A stretch of DNA of 64,000 nt from Desulfobacteraceae bacterium (GTDB taxonomy: Bacteria > Desulfobacterota > Syntrophobacteria > Syntrophobacterales > Syntrophobacteraceae). Within the stretch, counting starts at the first letter, position 1, and each line of letters starts with the position of its first letter. The notes below the pieces were generated by a model, which saw only the letters and a program-made list of their open reading frames with translations, was not told the origin of the DNA and did no database searches. The DNA lies in contig JAJFUA010000443.1 of the NCBI GenBank assembly GCA_021372635.1, positions 86 through 64,085 on the forward strand. The letters are read 5' to 3'. The position numbers and the translations under genes were made by a program. Positions 63,453 to 64,000 of this stretch are shown piece by piece.

Positions 63453-64000
63453 TCACGAAGGCCGAAACCCGATGCCGTCTATCCGGAGCAGATTGTCGTC
63501 GCATCTGCTTTTTGCGCCCAGAATACTCTCTATAAGCCACAAGTTGGATTCCACGTGGTCGGTAACCCGCGGGATGCGGTATTCCGTAGGGCCGGCAGCC
63601 AGCGAAGCAAACAGGATCAGTTGATCCGCAAGGTGGCGGTCGGTGGTCGCGCCGCTCTCCATATCCTCAAGAAGGCATTGCACCACGTGGTCCGCAATGT
63701 CTTCCGAACGCCTGCGCGGCTTTCCGGCCCGGTCGGAACCGATCAGGCATCCTGTGTCCGTTTCGGCCCAGAGAAGAAGCGCGGCTCCCTTCTGGGGGGC
63801 CGAATCGTCATCCACAACCCGTATCAGCGGATCATATCCATGAGGCTGAAGGCTGCGCCGGGACTGTTCGGCCATTCGCCGGGCCACCTGTTCCCTCACA
63901 AGGTGCGAAGCCAGGGCAACGCCGTGGATTGCCTTCACCGTTCCCTGTGCAGGCAACCGAATGCCTGCAAGAGCGTCCCGCCCCGGATGCACATCCACCA
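63453..64000 (-). CDS. rtcA: RNA 3'-terminal phosphate cyclase, C-terminal part (gene continues beyond the window)
   Basis: It has HLADQLILFASLAAGPTEYRIPRVTDHVESNLWLIE and an upstream insert-domain region. The ORF is open at the window edge. Confidence 0.85.
   Translation of the reverse strand, partial: VDVHPGRDALAGIRLPAQGTVKAIHGVALASHLVREQVARRMAEQSRRSLQPHGYDPLIRVVDDDSAPQKGAALLLWAETDTGCLIGSDRAGKPRRRSEDIADHVVQCLLEDMESGATTDRHLADQLILFASLAAGPTEYRIPRVTDHVESNLWLIESILGAKSRCDDNLLRIDGIGFRPS

Noticed and set aside
1-64000. I looked for CRISPR arrays, IS elements or transposases, integrases next to tRNA-Pro, toxin-antitoxin pairs and known phage-defence gene sets.
   Set aside because: I found no regularly spaced repeats of 24-40 bp with unique spacers. 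I also found no DDE/serine/tyrosine recombinase motifs and no small overlapping TA-like gene pairs. The only repeat array is the 11-bp, 20-bp-phased motif at 21120-21190, which is far too short and unspaced to be a CRISPR.

Overview
This is a GC-rich chromosomal segment. Gene content suggests a Desulfobacterota/deltaproteobacterium-like anaerobe: Hsp20-HtpX, ProRS, TilS, PurC, UvrC, Tex, a PcrA/UvrD-like helicase, the agmatine-to-putrescine pair AguA/AguB, cytochrome bd oxidase, a DUF362 Fe-S protein and many PAS/HisKA_3 signalling proteins. The taxonomic guess is inference only. I support about 46 CDS, one tRNA-Pro(CGG), one decayed pseudogene, and a few hairpin terminators and promoter or operator candidates. 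I found no rRNA, CRISPR array, transposase or integrase. Many long ORFs in the six-frame track are off-frame or antisense shadows of real genes, which is typical of high-GC DNA, and are rejected.

Regions most worth a second look:
1. 39.4-51.4 kb: a six-gene minus-strand cluster. It encodes a small FtsX permease, a MacB/LolD-type ATPase, a 1,604-aa protein fusing a degenerate M28/PA peptidase-like ectodomain to its own MacB-type permease, two ~655-aa OPT-like polytopic membrane proteins, and a fused DUF2064-like/GT2 transferase. A phosphodiester-glycosidase-like gene follows, and PilZ genes lie on both sides.
2. 56.4-62.0 kb: a membrane-anchored DUF2760 protein followed by two atypical paralogous Hsp70 ATPases in one operon.
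3. 8.5-10.6 kb: a ParB/Srx-like protein translationally coupled to a spore-photoproduct-lyase-like radical SAM enzyme.
4. 62.5-64.0 kb: RtcA followed by an archaeal FAU-1-like (DUF402) protein.
5. About 21.1 kb: four 11-bp motifs phased exactly 20 bp apart, in a convergent gap that contains no gene.
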